A stretch of 43,213 nucleotides of DNA from Sphingomonadaceae bacterium (GCA_016462305.1 JAEMTM010000002.1:1-43213), one strand, 5' to 3'. Shown: positions 8,748 through 18,511, numbered from the stretch's first letter. The notes: generated by a model from the sequence alone, not told the origin. Made by a program: numbers and translations.

Positions 8748-10159
8748 AAGTCCGCAACCCGCGTACCGGCCAGGCCGATTACGAGATTACGCCGCTCGGC
8801 GAGCCGGATATCGCGGCGCTCGCCAACAGGTTGCGCGGCAAGCAGGCAGGATGGTCTGCGCTGGACGTCGAGGAACGGGCTGCATTGTTGCTGCAGTGGA
8901 GCAAGGCGATAGCCTTAAACGCCAGTGCCTTGGCACAGGCGCTAACAATCGATACCGGACGACAAAAAATCTCGGGTATCGAAGTTGATGGTACGTTGCG
9001 GCTCATTGAGCGCTGGGCCCGATTGGCGGGCGGCATCATGGCCGCCGCGCAGATCGAAAATCGTGCTACCTCGATCCCCGGCATTTCGACATCGACGCGG
9101 CTGGCGCCCTATCCGCTGGTCGGCGTAATCAGCCCGTGGAACTTCCCGCTGACACTGGCGCTGATCGATGCAATTCCGGCGTTGATGGCGGGCTGTTCGG
9201 TAATCGTAAAGCCATCCGAAGTGACACCGCGCTTCATCAAGCCACTTATGGCAACGCTTGCGGAAATACCGGAAATCCCGCTGACAATTATCGAAGGCGA
9301 TGGCATGACCGGCGCGGCACTGCTTCGTCATGTGGACTATGTCGCGTTCACCGGATCTGTGGCGACCGGACGAAAGGTTGGCGCAGCAGCGGCAAACGCA
9401 TTCATTCCCGCAAGCCTAGAACTCGGCGGCAAGGACCCGATGCTTGTCCTCGCCAGCGCCGATCCAGCACACGCCGCCGAAATCGCATTACGCGCATCAG
9501 TCGTGAATAGCGGCCAAGCGTGCCAGTCGATCGAGCGTGTTTATGTCGCGCGCGAAATCGCGGAGCCTTTTCTTACTGCGCTTGCCCAAAAAGCGAATGC
9601 CGTGCGGTTAAACTATCCGGATATAGCGCATGGCGACATCGGGCCATTCATCTTCGAACAGCAGGCCAGCATCGTGCAGGCTCAAATCGACGATGCTATT
9701 GCCAAAGGGGCACGATTGCTTGCCGGTGGTAAAGTCGAAAATCTTGGCGGCGGGCTATATCTGCGGCCTACGGTGCTGACAGATATAACGCCAGATATGG
9801 TGGTGATGACCGAGGAAACTTTCGGACCAGTCATCCCTGTCACGATTTTCGATCATGTTGACGAGGCGATAGCCCTCGCGAACGAGGGTGTTTATGGTCT
9901 GTCAGGCGCCGTAATCGCGGGTTCCGTCGAGGAAGCCGAAGCTGTGGGCACGCGCCTGAAAGTTGGCGCGGTCTCGATCAACGATGGCTCGCTCACCTCG
10001 ATGATTTGGGAGGTGGAGAAGACGAGCTTCGGCCTTTCCGGCCTTGGTCCGTCGCGAATGGGCGATAGCGGCATGTTGCGTTTTTTCAGGAAACAGGCGC
10101 TGATCCGGCAAAAGGGTCAGGCATTACCACTTGCGGCCTATTCGGAGGATAAGCGATGA
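8744..10159 (+). CDS. NAD(P)-dependent aldehyde dehydrogenase
   Basis: ISPWNFP, FTGSVATG, LELGGKD, NSGQACQS, EETFGP. GTG start at 8744 after GGGAGG. Confidence 0.94.
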   Translation: MKVRNPRTGQADYEITPLGEPDIAALANRLRGKQAGWSALDVEERAALLLQWSKAIALNASALAQALTIDTGRQKISGIEVDGTLRLIERWARLAGGIMAAAQIENRATSIPGISTSTRLAPYPLVGVISPWNFPLTLALIDAIPALMAGCSVIVKPSEVTPRFIKPLMATLAEIPEIPLTIIEGDGMTGAALLRHVDYVAFTGSVATGRKVGAAAANAFIPASLELGGKDPMLVLASADPAHAAEIALRASVVNSGQACQSIERVYVAREIAEPFLTALAQKANAVRLNYPDIAHGDIGPFIFEQQASIVQAQIDDAIAKGARLLAGGKVENLGGGLYLRPTVLTDITPDMVVMTEETFGPVIPVTIFDHVDEAIALANEGVYGLSGAVIAGSVEEAEAVGTRLKVGAVSINDGSLTSMIWEVEKTSFGLSGLGPSRMGDSGMLRFFRKQALIRQKGQALPLAAYSEDKR

Positions 10160-10737
10160 AATATTTGATTTTGCTGGTCAGTCTGGCAGTTGCTGCTTGT
10201 TCGTCTCCATATGAGCGCCCGCAAATCGCAAGTGCATCGCCCGGCGTTGAAAAACCGACAGAAGCGCTGCCAACTGACATCCGTCGCGTTACCATGATCG
10301 TGCGCGATATGGAGAACAGCCTTAAACTCTACCGCGACGTTATGGGGCTAAAGGTCAACTACGATGCAGTGCTGCCGATGTCTGGTGTCGCGCTGCCTGC
10401 TGGTCAGCCCGGCGCGAAGGCGCGGTTGGTACTTTTGAACGGCAATGATCCCTTCATCGGCTGGATCGGCCTGATGGAGTGGCTCGACCCGAAACTTCCG
10501 GACCCCGGACCTTATCCTGCGCGCATGGGAATTGGCGGCCACGTGATCGTCACCAATACCCAAGACATCGATCGTCGCTGTGCCGAGGCTGCCAAAATTC
10601 CGGGAGTCACCGTTACCGCCCCGCCACGCGCGCAGCAATATCCGGGCCGCAACGGCGCTCCGCCGATCAACGTGCGCGGATGTAATTTCTTCGACCCTGA
10701 CGGGACATTGATCGAACTCAACCAGCTTCTCAAATGA
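10156..10737 (+). CDS. VOC/glyoxalase-family lipoprotein
   Basis: Lipobox-type signal MKYLILLVSLAVAAC, VRDMENSLKLYRDVMG, C-terminal FFDPDGTLIEL. Confidence 0.85.
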   Translation: MKYLILLVSLAVAACSSPYERPQIASASPGVEKPTEALPTDIRRVTMIVRDMENSLKLYRDVMGLKVNYDAVLPMSGVALPAGQPGAKARLVLLNGNDPFIGWIGLMEWLDPKLPDPGPYPARMGIGGHVIVTNTQDIDRRCAEAAKIPGVTVTAPPRAQQYPGRNGAPPINVRGCNFFDPDGTLIELNQLLK

Positions 10738-11183
10738 AGCCCGATTTCGCTGCCGCAATGCCGAATATGATCCGCCATCAAGGCGAATGGGAAGGCACCT
10801 ATCGTCATCTCGATCGCGACGGCGCCTTGCTTGACGAACACCGGATGTGGACATGGTGCGAATTTCCTGATGCAGGGCCGTTCGCCTATGTCCAGCATAA
10901 TCGCTTGAGCTGGGACGACGGGCGCACCGCGACTTATGAATTTGGCGGGGTTTATCGCGACGAGCGGCTCTACTGGGACACTGACCGCTTTTCAGGTTAT
11001 GGCTGGGAAACTGACGAAGGCACTTTGATGCTTAAGCTCGACCGGCTCGATGTGCCGGGCGCTTATTACATCGAGATGATAAATATTGCGCCTGACAATC
11101 AAACCCGCGCTCGCACGTGGCAATGGTTCAAGGATGGTCAGCCGTGGAAACGTACCTTGTGTGACGAATGGAGAGTGAAATGA
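10734..11183 (+). CDS. DUF3598-like small beta-barrel protein, copy 2
   Basis: RHQGEWEGTY, CxFP, WDDGRT, YxxEMI, RTWxW shared with 4362..4850. ATGA overlaps at both ends. Confidence 0.75.
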   Translation: MKPDFAAAMPNMIRHQGEWEGTYRHLDRDGALLDEHRMWTWCEFPDAGPFAYVQHNRLSWDDGRTATYEFGGVYRDERLYWDTDRFSGYGWETDEGTLMLKLDRLDVPGAYYIEMINIAPDNQTRARTWQWFKDGQPWKRTLCDEWRVK

Positions 11184-11638
11184 GCCTTTTGCTTTTGGCT
11201 GCGGTGACGGTAGCGACCCCTTCTGTGGATAGCTGCGACAATAAGCCGGTCTATATGGTCGTCGCTGGCCCGACGCACGACCGCGCGCGCATGCAAGCGT
11301 ATGCGAAGGCAATCGCCGATAGCCAACTCTACCAGAAACTTGGCGGCTATTATGTCAACGCGCCTGTGCCCCTTGCGACCTTCGAGGGCGCGCCGGCCAA
11401 GGGCCATGCAACGCTGATTGTACGTTTCCCCTGTTTGGCCAATGCCAAGGCATTCTGGTATTCGAAAGTATATCAGGAGAAGATCAAGCCGCTGCGGCTG
11501 AACCCGTCGGCTGGGGATTATCTCGTGACCGTCTATCCCGAAATTCCGCTGCGCAGCGATCTGGCCGGTAAGGTTGGCGATAACAGTTATCAAGTTACCT
11601 TTAACGCCGACGGCATCGAACGGGTTTCAGCGCCGTAG
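11180..11638 (+). CDS. DUF1330-like (dimeric alpha/beta barrel) protein with a putative signal peptide
   Basis: YMVV..GG.Y..FEG..LIVRFP..AKAFWYSKVYQ pattern. Hydrophobic N-terminus from ATG 11180. Confidence 0.78.
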   Translation: MSLLLLAAVTVATPSVDSCDNKPVYMVVAGPTHDRARMQAYAKAIADSQLYQKLGGYYVNAPVPLATFEGAPAKGHATLIVRFPCLANAKAFWYSKVYQEKIKPLRLNPSAGDYLVTVYPEIPLRSDLAGKVGDNSYQVTFNADGIERVSAP

Positions 11639-11760
11639 CTCAACCAGTTCGTACCAGGTCATCATGTAACCACCGACTCCACCCTTCAAGAAAATGGAGT
11701 CTTCGTCGTCGGTGATCCACAAGTCATAGGGTGGATGTTCGCCTGCCATATCGCTGTCGC
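11627..11760 (-). pseudogene. Probable 3' remnant of an unknown gene
   Basis: Own translation: ...DMAGEHPPYDLWITDDEDSIFLKGGVGGYMMTWYELVELRR*. Protein-like; its stop overlaps the convergent gene end. No RBS or promoter space upstream. Confidence 0.5.
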
Positions 11761-11762
11761 CG

Positions 11763-11999
11763 GGGACTTTCTGGTATCCTGCCAAGGTGATACTTTACGC
11801 CTTCGCGCTCTGCATTGGCCTGTTCCTGCGCTATGTAATGCGACAGTGGACTGTCTATTTCCGAGCGCTGGCAGCAGGTCCTGATGCAGCGATACAGGCA
11901 AAGCTCGACAAGGAAATCGCGCAGGCGCGCATTGCGGCTTATATTTACTGGATTACGATTTCTGGAATCTGCTTTTTGGGGGCGACAAAGCCCTTTTAA
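11763..11999 (+). pseudogene. 5'-truncated remnant of a membrane protein paralogous to 21189..21869
   Basis: FWYPAKVILYAF...LAAGPD...FLGATKPF* aligns by eye with DWLAWKALLFGL...LLAEGST...WLGVVKPS*. Similarity begins upstream of the ORF-track GTG. In-frame TAG at 11727-11729. Confidence 0.68.
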
Positions 12000-12000
12000 C

Positions 12001-12357
12001 TCAGCCCGCTTCCATTTCCTTGATGACATCCTCGATCGGCGGTTCGAGTTCGGCGAGCGATTGCATGTCTTGTTGTACGCCCCGCATGATGCGGGCGAGA
12101 TATTCCTTGATGAGCAGATTTCGTTCGCGGCCGGCTTCCATGTCGGGCGCATAGGTTTCAATATCGGAGCGGCTGATTGTCCCTTGGGCGTCAAGCAGGC
12201 GTTCGATCGTGTCCAAACGCTCCCGCATCACCGAGACTTCCCCGACCAGCGCCAACAGAATGGACAATATCCGATCATTTTCAGGATCGAGAAATTGCGG
12301 ACGCTTGCCTTTGGCTTTCAGCCCGGACCGCGAAATCCAGTCGAGATCTTCGGTCAT
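12001..12357 (-). CDS. Small helical hypothetical protein coupled to the methyltransferase
   Basis: ATGA overlap with the methyltransferase stop. AKGKRPQF..DRILSILLALVGEVSVMRERLDTIERLL, coiled-coil-like. Confidence 0.75.
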   Translation of the reverse strand: MTEDLDWISRSGLKAKGKRPQFLDPENDRILSILLALVGEVSVMRERLDTIERLLDAQGTISRSDIETYAPDMEAGRERNLLIKEYLARIMRGVQQDMQSLAELEPPIEDVIKEMEAG

Positions 12358-13562
12358 ATTGCCGCCTCGGGTTTCCACGCACCATAGGCATTCCAGATGG
12401 CGGCACGTCCGTAATCCTCGGTTGCGCCTTCGGGTGATGGAGGGAAGATGCTTTCATCCACGACTGCCTTGACGCCGACGACGAACTGCCCGCTTTTGGG
12501 TAGCCCCTTGTCTTCCATGATCTGTTTCAAATCGAGCGCATGCATCGCCGACCAGAATGGCTCGTTGTTATTGAAAGCGTCCCAGTCGCGCATAAACTGC
12601 TCGAACAGCGGCATCTCTGCAGAATATTGCGGTTGTTCGATATGAAACATCAGCCCGCCGGGCTTCAGCACCCGCGCGCCCTCGCCGATGATTTTCGGCA
12701 ACGCCTTGTTCGACAGCTCGTGCAGGAACATCGTCGTCTGCACCCAGTCAAAACTTTCATCGGAAAATTCCGCCATTTCCTCGGCATTCATCTGTTTGAA
12801 GATGATATTCTTCACGCCAAGCGCCTGCGCACGAGCGTGGCCGTAACGCAGCGACGGAGCTGCGGTATCGATGGCTATGACTTCCGCATCGGGAAATGCC
12901 AAAGCAATCGGCACGGCATTGTGTCCCACCGTTGCGCCGATATCGAGGATGCGTTTGGGCCGCCAGTCAGGGCGTTCCTTCTTGATCCACGCCGCGACCG
13001 CTTGACCGCCGCCATCGTTCAGCGCGCCCAATGCACCGCCGGTTGTGGCGAAGATCCCGCAATCATAATTGGCGCCGGCCGAAACGTCGCCGGGACGTTC
13101 TTCACCGTGATAGCTTCCGGGCATGCAATGGATGTCTACCGCCGCCTGATAGCGCGGGACTTCGACGCTGACGTCGAGCTTTAGGGTTTCGCGCCCTTCA
13201 TTATACTGCCGCGCCATCGCGTCGAGTTTGTCGAGCTGGCGCAGCACCATCGCACGCCCGTTTTGTTGGCGCATCTCCATAGAATTGCGTTTCAATGCCG
13301 ACCAGAATCGGTGCCACGAATCCTTGTTCATTGCATGACGCACCTCATGCCGGTTGATGGGTTCACGTCCATGTTCGCTTTTGAACGCTGGCAGCACGCG
13401 GCGTTCATAAGCGAGCCTGTTTCCTGCGCCTATTTCGCCGGACAGATAACGGTTGAACCCTGCAAGGAAATTGAACCGCGCCGCCTCGTCATGGTTGGGC
13501 TTGGGGAACATCGCATGCTGTGTGACGGCAGTATAAGGCGGGGGTACGTCCATCTTGCTCAT
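12354..13562 (-). CDS. Class I SAM-dependent methyltransferase with a long N-terminal extension
   Basis: RILDIGATVG (motif I variant), VIAID, FSDESFDWV, FLHE, RVLKPGG. Confidence 0.87.
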   Translation of the reverse strand: MSKMDVPPPYTAVTQHAMFPKPNHDEAARFNFLAGFNRYLSGEIGAGNRLAYERRVLPAFKSEHGREPINRHEVRHAMNKDSWHRFWSALKRNSMEMRQQNGRAMVLRQLDKLDAMARQYNEGRETLKLDVSVEVPRYQAAVDIHCMPGSYHGEERPGDVSAGANYDCGIFATTGGALGALNDGGGQAVAAWIKKERPDWRPKRILDIGATVGHNAVPIALAFPDAEVIAIDTAAPSLRYGHARAQALGVKNIIFKQMNAEEMAEFSDESFDWVQTTMFLHELSNKALPKIIGEGARVLKPGGLMFHIEQPQYSAEMPLFEQFMRDWDAFNNNEPFWSAMHALDLKQIMEDKGLPKSGQFVVGVKAVVDESIFPPSPEGATEDYGRAAIWNAYGAWKPEAAI

Positions 13563-13572
13563 GACATTTCTC

Positions 13573-14703
13573 TCATATCAGACCATCTTTGGCGAGGCGT
13601 TCGATCGTCTGTTCACTCACGCGTTTGAAATGGTCGCGATCGGGTGTTTTGACGACACCGCCTTCAATCAGGCTGTTGGCATGCTGATGCGTATCGGCGG
13701 CGTACGCGGCCGCAAATAGCGCGTTGCGCTGGCGCGACAGCATGTTGGTCATGCCCGGTTTGCGCCGCGCCCCCCGCAACGCCGCCAGATCGATGTCTGC
13801 GAACGCCGTAAAGGTCTCCCCACTGTTCGATTCCGCAATCACATTACCCTTCCAGTCGACAATCATCGAATTGCCGTCGGCTGACGCGACCGGCAGGGCT
13901 GTGTTTAATATGCCTGCCGTGTTCGCCGATATAACATAGGCCAAATTCTCGAAAGCTCTGGCGCGTTTTGCGATCATTTTTGGTGTGGCATTTGGCGACC
14001 CGATTTCGGACGATGAATGCACAAATATCTCTGCACCGCGCAGCGCATGTGCGCGGGCGATTTCAGGGTAGAGAATTTCCTCCGAAGCTATGGCCGCAAG
14101 ATTGCCGATCTCAGTTCTTGCGACCGGGAAAACGCCTTCGAGACCGTAGATATCAAGATATTTCGACCAGACATCATGGGGGGTCGGTGCAAACATCGAA
14201 TTCAGGCGGCGATAGCGCAGGACCACATTGCCATTTGGCGCAACGATAAAGCTGGCCTGAAAATAGAGGTTGGGAAAGTTCGGGTCCGTTTCATAGGCAT
14301 TGCCAGCGATGAACATCCCCAGCTTTTGCGCCAATTCCCCCAGTGCCTGATACTCGGCACCATCGGGCGCGAACGCAGCGAGCTTGGCGAAATCGGGAAT
14401 CGAAATCCGGCCTGGGTAGCTGGTAAACAGATATTCGGGCAGCACGGCCAGCTTCACTGGTGCGCCGCCATATTGAGTGATGAAGATGCTTGCCGACCGT
14501 ATCTGCGCTTCAAGATCGCCGATATGCGCGATAATTTGCAGGCGCGCTTCTTCGGGCGATTTGGCGCGTTCCACCGAGCGCGCAGCGAGTTGCATGGCGA
14601 CGGCAGCATAGTTTGTCACATCAGCCACTTTTTTTGCCTCCAGCCCGAACGGTAGTGCCGTCGCTATTGCCGCCGCAAGGGCCTGTCTTCGGTCGAGCAG
14701 CAT
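13573..14703 (-). CDS. Nitrilase-superfamily C-N hydrolase-fold protein, Tat-exported, atypical active site
   Basis: DRRQAL twin-arginine leader; VLPEY, YRR, FPVARTEIGNL, ASEEILYPE, ARAFEN motifs. Confidence 0.87.
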   Translation of the reverse strand: MLLDRRQALAAAIATALPFGLEAKKVADVTNYAAVAMQLAARSVERAKSPEEARLQIIAHIGDLEAQIRSASIFITQYGGAPVKLAVLPEYLFTSYPGRISIPDFAKLAAFAPDGAEYQALGELAQKLGMFIAGNAYETDPNFPNLYFQASFIVAPNGNVVLRYRRLNSMFAPTPHDVWSKYLDIYGLEGVFPVARTEIGNLAAIASEEILYPEIARAHALRGAEIFVHSSSEIGSPNATPKMIAKRARAFENLAYVISANTAGILNTALPVASADGNSMIVDWKGNVIAESNSGETFTAFADIDLAALRGARRKPGMTNMLSRQRNALFAAAYAADTHQHANSLIEGGVVKTPDRDHFKRVSEQTIERLAKDGLI

Positions 14704-14714
14704 CGGTCATACTC

Positions 14715-16274
14715 CTATAGTCCCAACGCGCCGGGATTCATCAAGCCTTTTGGATCGACTTCGGCTTTCACTGCTTCCATTATCCGCCATGCAAGCGGAT
14801 CGCTGCGGGATGCGAGCGGGTAGGTGCGGCCAATCTGGAAATGGATGCCATCCATCCGGCCAAACACATCAATGACTTCGTTGCGGAGTTTTTCAACCAG
14901 CGCACGCGCCTCAGGATTGGCGGGAAATCCTTTCAGCTTGGCGAAATGTGCCGGTTCAATGAAGTGTTCGTGAATTTCCCATTGCTCATCGGGCCAATAG
15001 AAACACGGCTCGATGAGAAAGCCGGTCGCACCAACCAGCAGAAACATATAGCCGCAGCCGACGCCAAGCCGTTCCATTTCCGCGTTATTCGCCTCGAACA
15101 ATGTGGTTAGGGCGTCAATCGTTTCAAGCGCTTTGGAGTGTCGCACGATCCCATGGATCGGCGCCCATCGCTCGCCATCCGGACCCGCCATAGAGTTTGG
15201 CGGCGGGAAGGGGTTGGCGCGCAGGATTTTGGGGATGCTATTCTCGACGATGCGCCCACCATTTGCGGTAACGATTGCTTCAACCTCTGCCATGTCGGCA
15301 TCGACCGCAGACTGATGACGCCCCTCGCAAATCAGATGGATGGAAAAATTGACATCATTAAGGAATGAGCGGCCAGCGGCTGCGACCTTAGCACCTTCCT
15401 TCAGTCCTTTCCAGAATCCGCCCTGTGACTTCGCCATATTGATTAGGGATTTGGCGTCGCTGGCCAGGCTGTCCCGCTTCATCCGCTGGGCCTGCAAAAA
15501 TGGATCGAAGCCAAAGGCTTCGCTGGCCAGCCGACGGCGTCCGATTTCGCTCATCGCCGCGCAATATTGCGCAGGTTCGTCAAAGGCGAAGGAGCCAAAA
15601 GCGAAAGCCGGGCCATCGTGGATGAGCGGCAGGGTGATGGTTGCCTTGATTCCGAACGCCCCTGCGTCCGCGCCAAACAGGCCGGTAAGATCAGGACCGA
15701 AGGGCCGGATGAAGTTGCTGCCGGTCCGAATCATGCTGCCGTCGGCGAGGACGATTTCTGCGCAGATAATATTTGACGCTATAGTGCCGTCGCGAGCGCC
15801 CCAGAACAGCCCGTTCTGACTCATTCCGCCGCCGACACTGGCGTAAAGCCCGGAAAGCGTTCCCCAAAGCGGCGTGCGCAATCCCATAGGATGCAGCGCT
15901 TCGTACAACGCATACCATGTGCAGCCAGCCTCGACGGTTACCGTCATATCGGTTTGGTTGATTTCTATTATGCGCTGCATTCGTCCCATATCGACGATCA
16001 GCGCTCCAGCCTCCGGCGCGATATAGCCGCTGGTGTAGCTCATCCCGCCGCCTCTGGGGATGATGGCGATACCCTGCGCTGTTGCTGCGGCCACGCCAGC
16101 GGCCAGTTCAGCGGAGCTTCCGGGGCGGAATACCGCAATCGGCGCTGGCCCCTTGGTAAACACGTCTTGCGCGTAAAGAGCGCATTCCCTTGGGTCGATA
16201 ATAATCGCTTCGGCAGATACCGCCGCAGCAATTGCCAACATCGGATCATTGGGAAGATGCGGCTGGCTCGCCAT
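14715..16274 (-). CDS. FAD-binding oxidoreductase (VAO/PCMH, D-lactate dehydrogenase-like)
   Basis: PRGGGMSYTSG, VTVEAG, GPDLTGLFGADAGAFG, C-terminal DPKGLMNPG. Start re-called to ATG 16274. Confidence 0.9.
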   Translation of the reverse strand: MASQPHLPNDPMLAIAAAVSAEAIIIDPRECALYAQDVFTKGPAPIAVFRPGSSAELAAGVAAATAQGIAIIPRGGGMSYTSGYIAPEAGALIVDMGRMQRIIEINQTDMTVTVEAGCTWYALYEALHPMGLRTPLWGTLSGLYASVGGGMSQNGLFWGARDGTIASNIICAEIVLADGSMIRTGSNFIRPFGPDLTGLFGADAGAFGIKATITLPLIHDGPAFAFGSFAFDEPAQYCAAMSEIGRRRLASEAFGFDPFLQAQRMKRDSLASDAKSLINMAKSQGGFWKGLKEGAKVAAAGRSFLNDVNFSIHLICEGRHQSAVDADMAEVEAIVTANGGRIVENSIPKILRANPFPPPNSMAGPDGERWAPIHGIVRHSKALETIDALTTLFEANNAEMERLGVGCGYMFLLVGATGFLIEPCFYWPDEQWEIHEHFIEPAHFAKLKGFPANPEARALVEKLRNEVIDVFGRMDGIHFQIGRTYPLASRSDPLAWRIMEAVKAEVDPKGLMNPGALGL

Positions 16275-16275
16275 T

Positions 16276-17541
16276 TTACTCGGCCTTTTGCTGATCGGGA
16301 TAACGCCCGAGTAGCAACAATAACGCACCGCCAATCACGAACATCGCAGCTGCCGCCATCAACATTCCATCATAGCTTCCGGTCTTCACCCGAACCGTGC
16401 CATAGATGACAGGGGAGATCGCGGACATCAGACCAAACGGCATATACAACATGCCGTAAATCCGGCCGAAATGCGCCATCCCGAAATAGCGTGCAGCGAG
16501 AAAGGCGATGAGGTCGCTCTCCGCACCTGCAGCAAAGCCCAGGAAAAAGGCCGCGAACGAAATCATCATCATCTCGCTGCTTGTGCCAAGCAGCAAGTAG
16601 CAGGCGATGGCGGGCAGACACAGCACGGGGAACGCAACAGCCGGACCCCAAATCCGGTCAAGCATGAAGCCGACGCCGATACGACCGCAAAGAAGGCCGA
16701 TGCCGACGATCCCCATGATACCCGCTGCGGCAGACCGGTCGATACCGTGATCGCCGACGATTGCCGGCATGTGAATGTGCGCGCCGCCATATGCAGTTGC
16801 GATGAGAAAAATGGAAAACCATAATATCCAGAACTGGCGGGTTCGGACAGCCTGTTTGAAGGTCATCCCAGCCAGCTCGCCCGTTGCGGTGGACAGCGCA
16901 GCGGGTCGTTCTTCAGCACGGGGTTCGCGAAAAAATGCCACTGTTGCAGGCAGTGCGATCAGCAAGGGCAAGAGCGCGACAATGGGGAAAATCGCCCGCC
17001 ACCCGAAATTGTCGCTGCTCCACACCGCAAGCTGCGGCACGATGAAGGCGGCCGCGCTCGTACCAACGAGCATGATACCCAAGGCCAGACCGCGCTGTTT
17101 GACAAACCACAGGCTCAGTCCCCGGCTCCAGGTCACGGGCGTCGAGCCGATGCCAATCATTCCCACCAGCAACCACAGAAAATAGAATCCCGCCAGCGTC
17201 GGCGGCGTGAAATATAGCGACGAAAACGTGATGACGAAGCCGACCAACGACCAGATTGCGACCCTGCGCACACCATGACGATCCGCCAGCCAACCGAATA
17301 GGGGCGCAAGCAGCGAAGCGGTAATGCCGAATATCGTGATCCCGATGCTGACCTGCTGCACATTCCAGCCAAATTCCGCCTCGAGCGGTTTGAACAAGAA
17401 GCCGAGCACATTGAACGGTAAAGGCGATGCACCACACATCGTGCCAAGAAACCCGGCCAGAAGCACCTTCCAGCCGAGGGTGAATTCGCCAGACCGGGCA
17501 GGCGTGGCGGAGACAGCCTGCGTGCTTGCAACTTCAGTCAT
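16276..17541 (-). CDS. MFS transporter
   Basis: About 12 hydrophobic segments; motif A GWLADRHGVRR and GFMLDRIWG. Confidence 0.93.
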   Translation of the reverse strand: MTEVASTQAVSATPARSGEFTLGWKVLLAGFLGTMCGASPLPFNVLGFLFKPLEAEFGWNVQQVSIGITIFGITASLLAPLFGWLADRHGVRRVAIWSLVGFVITFSSLYFTPPTLAGFYFLWLLVGMIGIGSTPVTWSRGLSLWFVKQRGLALGIMLVGTSAAAFIVPQLAVWSSDNFGWRAIFPIVALLPLLIALPATVAFFREPRAEERPAALSTATGELAGMTFKQAVRTRQFWILWFSIFLIATAYGGAHIHMPAIVGDHGIDRSAAAGIMGIVGIGLLCGRIGVGFMLDRIWGPAVAFPVLCLPAIACYLLLGTSSEMMMISFAAFFLGFAAGAESDLIAFLAARYFGMAHFGRIYGMLYMPFGLMSAISPVIYGTVRVKTGSYDGMLMAAAAMFVIGGALLLLLGRYPDQQKAE

Positions 17542-17581
17542 AATAATAGTCTGCCTTTGTCAGCCGGAACACGCAAGCACA

Positions 17582-18493
17582 CTATTTCTTCGGCTCTGCG
17601 GCGCGCTGACTGTCGACATGCTTTTTGAATTCAGTCCAGGTGGTTGCATTAGGACGCATATCATCGCCCGGCGGTGCCGAAGTGTAAGCGGGATAGTTAA
17701 GCGCGATTTCGTCTTTCAGCACCTTTGGCAGTTCGTCATAGCCTTTCAGCTTATTACCCATGGCGTTGAAAACCATCTGCCCCTGGCGTCCACGCATCTT
17801 CATCCACGGCATCCAATCGGAAATGCGGACCCATGACACAATGGGGTAAGCCGTCGCGTTCTTGGTGTTGAGCATTTCATCGGCTTCATAAGCGAAGTCA
17901 AAAATCTCCATCGCGTGATATTTGCCGCCGACATAATCCTGATAGTCGCCTTGCAACACGTTCTGGTAAAACAACGGCGCTTCGAACGGCTGGAAAATCC
18001 AGCGCCCTTCGCGCCGGAAGCTTGCTTTATAAGGTGTGCCGTCGGTGCCGATCGGGAACTGGGGACGCTGGTTCACCGGGTCGTTGGCAATGTGAAATAC
18101 CTCGACCACTTCCTTCGTCCATGGATTTTCCCACTGGCGGACGACTGCGTTCGTCTTGGGATCGAGGTAGAGCATGATTTCACGGCTGACCAAGCGCCAG
18201 CCCTTACCGCGCTTCGGGTCGTCGACACTGACGCACTGGCGAATATTCATGCCTTCGCCGTTGAACAAATGCCGGTCAGGTTCGCCCTGAACGCGCGAAT
18301 AGACTTTTCCCGCCCAATGATAGACCGCAGGTTTCCCGTCAGCTTCCCCGCATTGGACGCGCTTGGCGATTTCAAGCGCGTCTTCAGGTTTGTCAGGATT
18401 GAGCATTCTGTCGCCCTTTGATTGGGCGGACGCCGCACTTGCTGCCATTGCCAATATGGCGGTAAAAAGCATGGTCTTCTTCATGACAGTCAT
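17582..18493 (-). CDS. Secreted DUF1838-like protein
   Basis: Sec signal MKKTMLFTAILAMAASAASA; W.GKVY..GE..LF..EG.N, SRE..LYLDP, WENPWT, ANDPVN, WMPWMKM pattern recognised as DUF1838. GGAGGG RBS. Confidence 0.75.
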   Translation of the reverse strand: MTVMKKTMLFTAILAMAASAASAQSKGDRMLNPDKPEDALEIAKRVQCGEADGKPAVYHWAGKVYSRVQGEPDRHLFNGEGMNIRQCVSVDDPKRGKGWRLVSREIMLYLDPKTNAVVRQWENPWTKEVVEVFHIANDPVNQRPQFPIGTDGTPYKASFRREGRWIFQPFEAPLFYQNVLQGDYQDYVGGKYHAMEIFDFAYEADEMLNTKNATAYPIVSWVRISDWMPWMKMRGRQGQMVFNAMGNKLKGYDELPKVLKDEIALNYPAYTSAPPGDDMRPNATTWTEFKKHVDSQRAAEPKK

Positions 18494-18511
18494 TGCCCTC
18501 CTTAAACGCGC

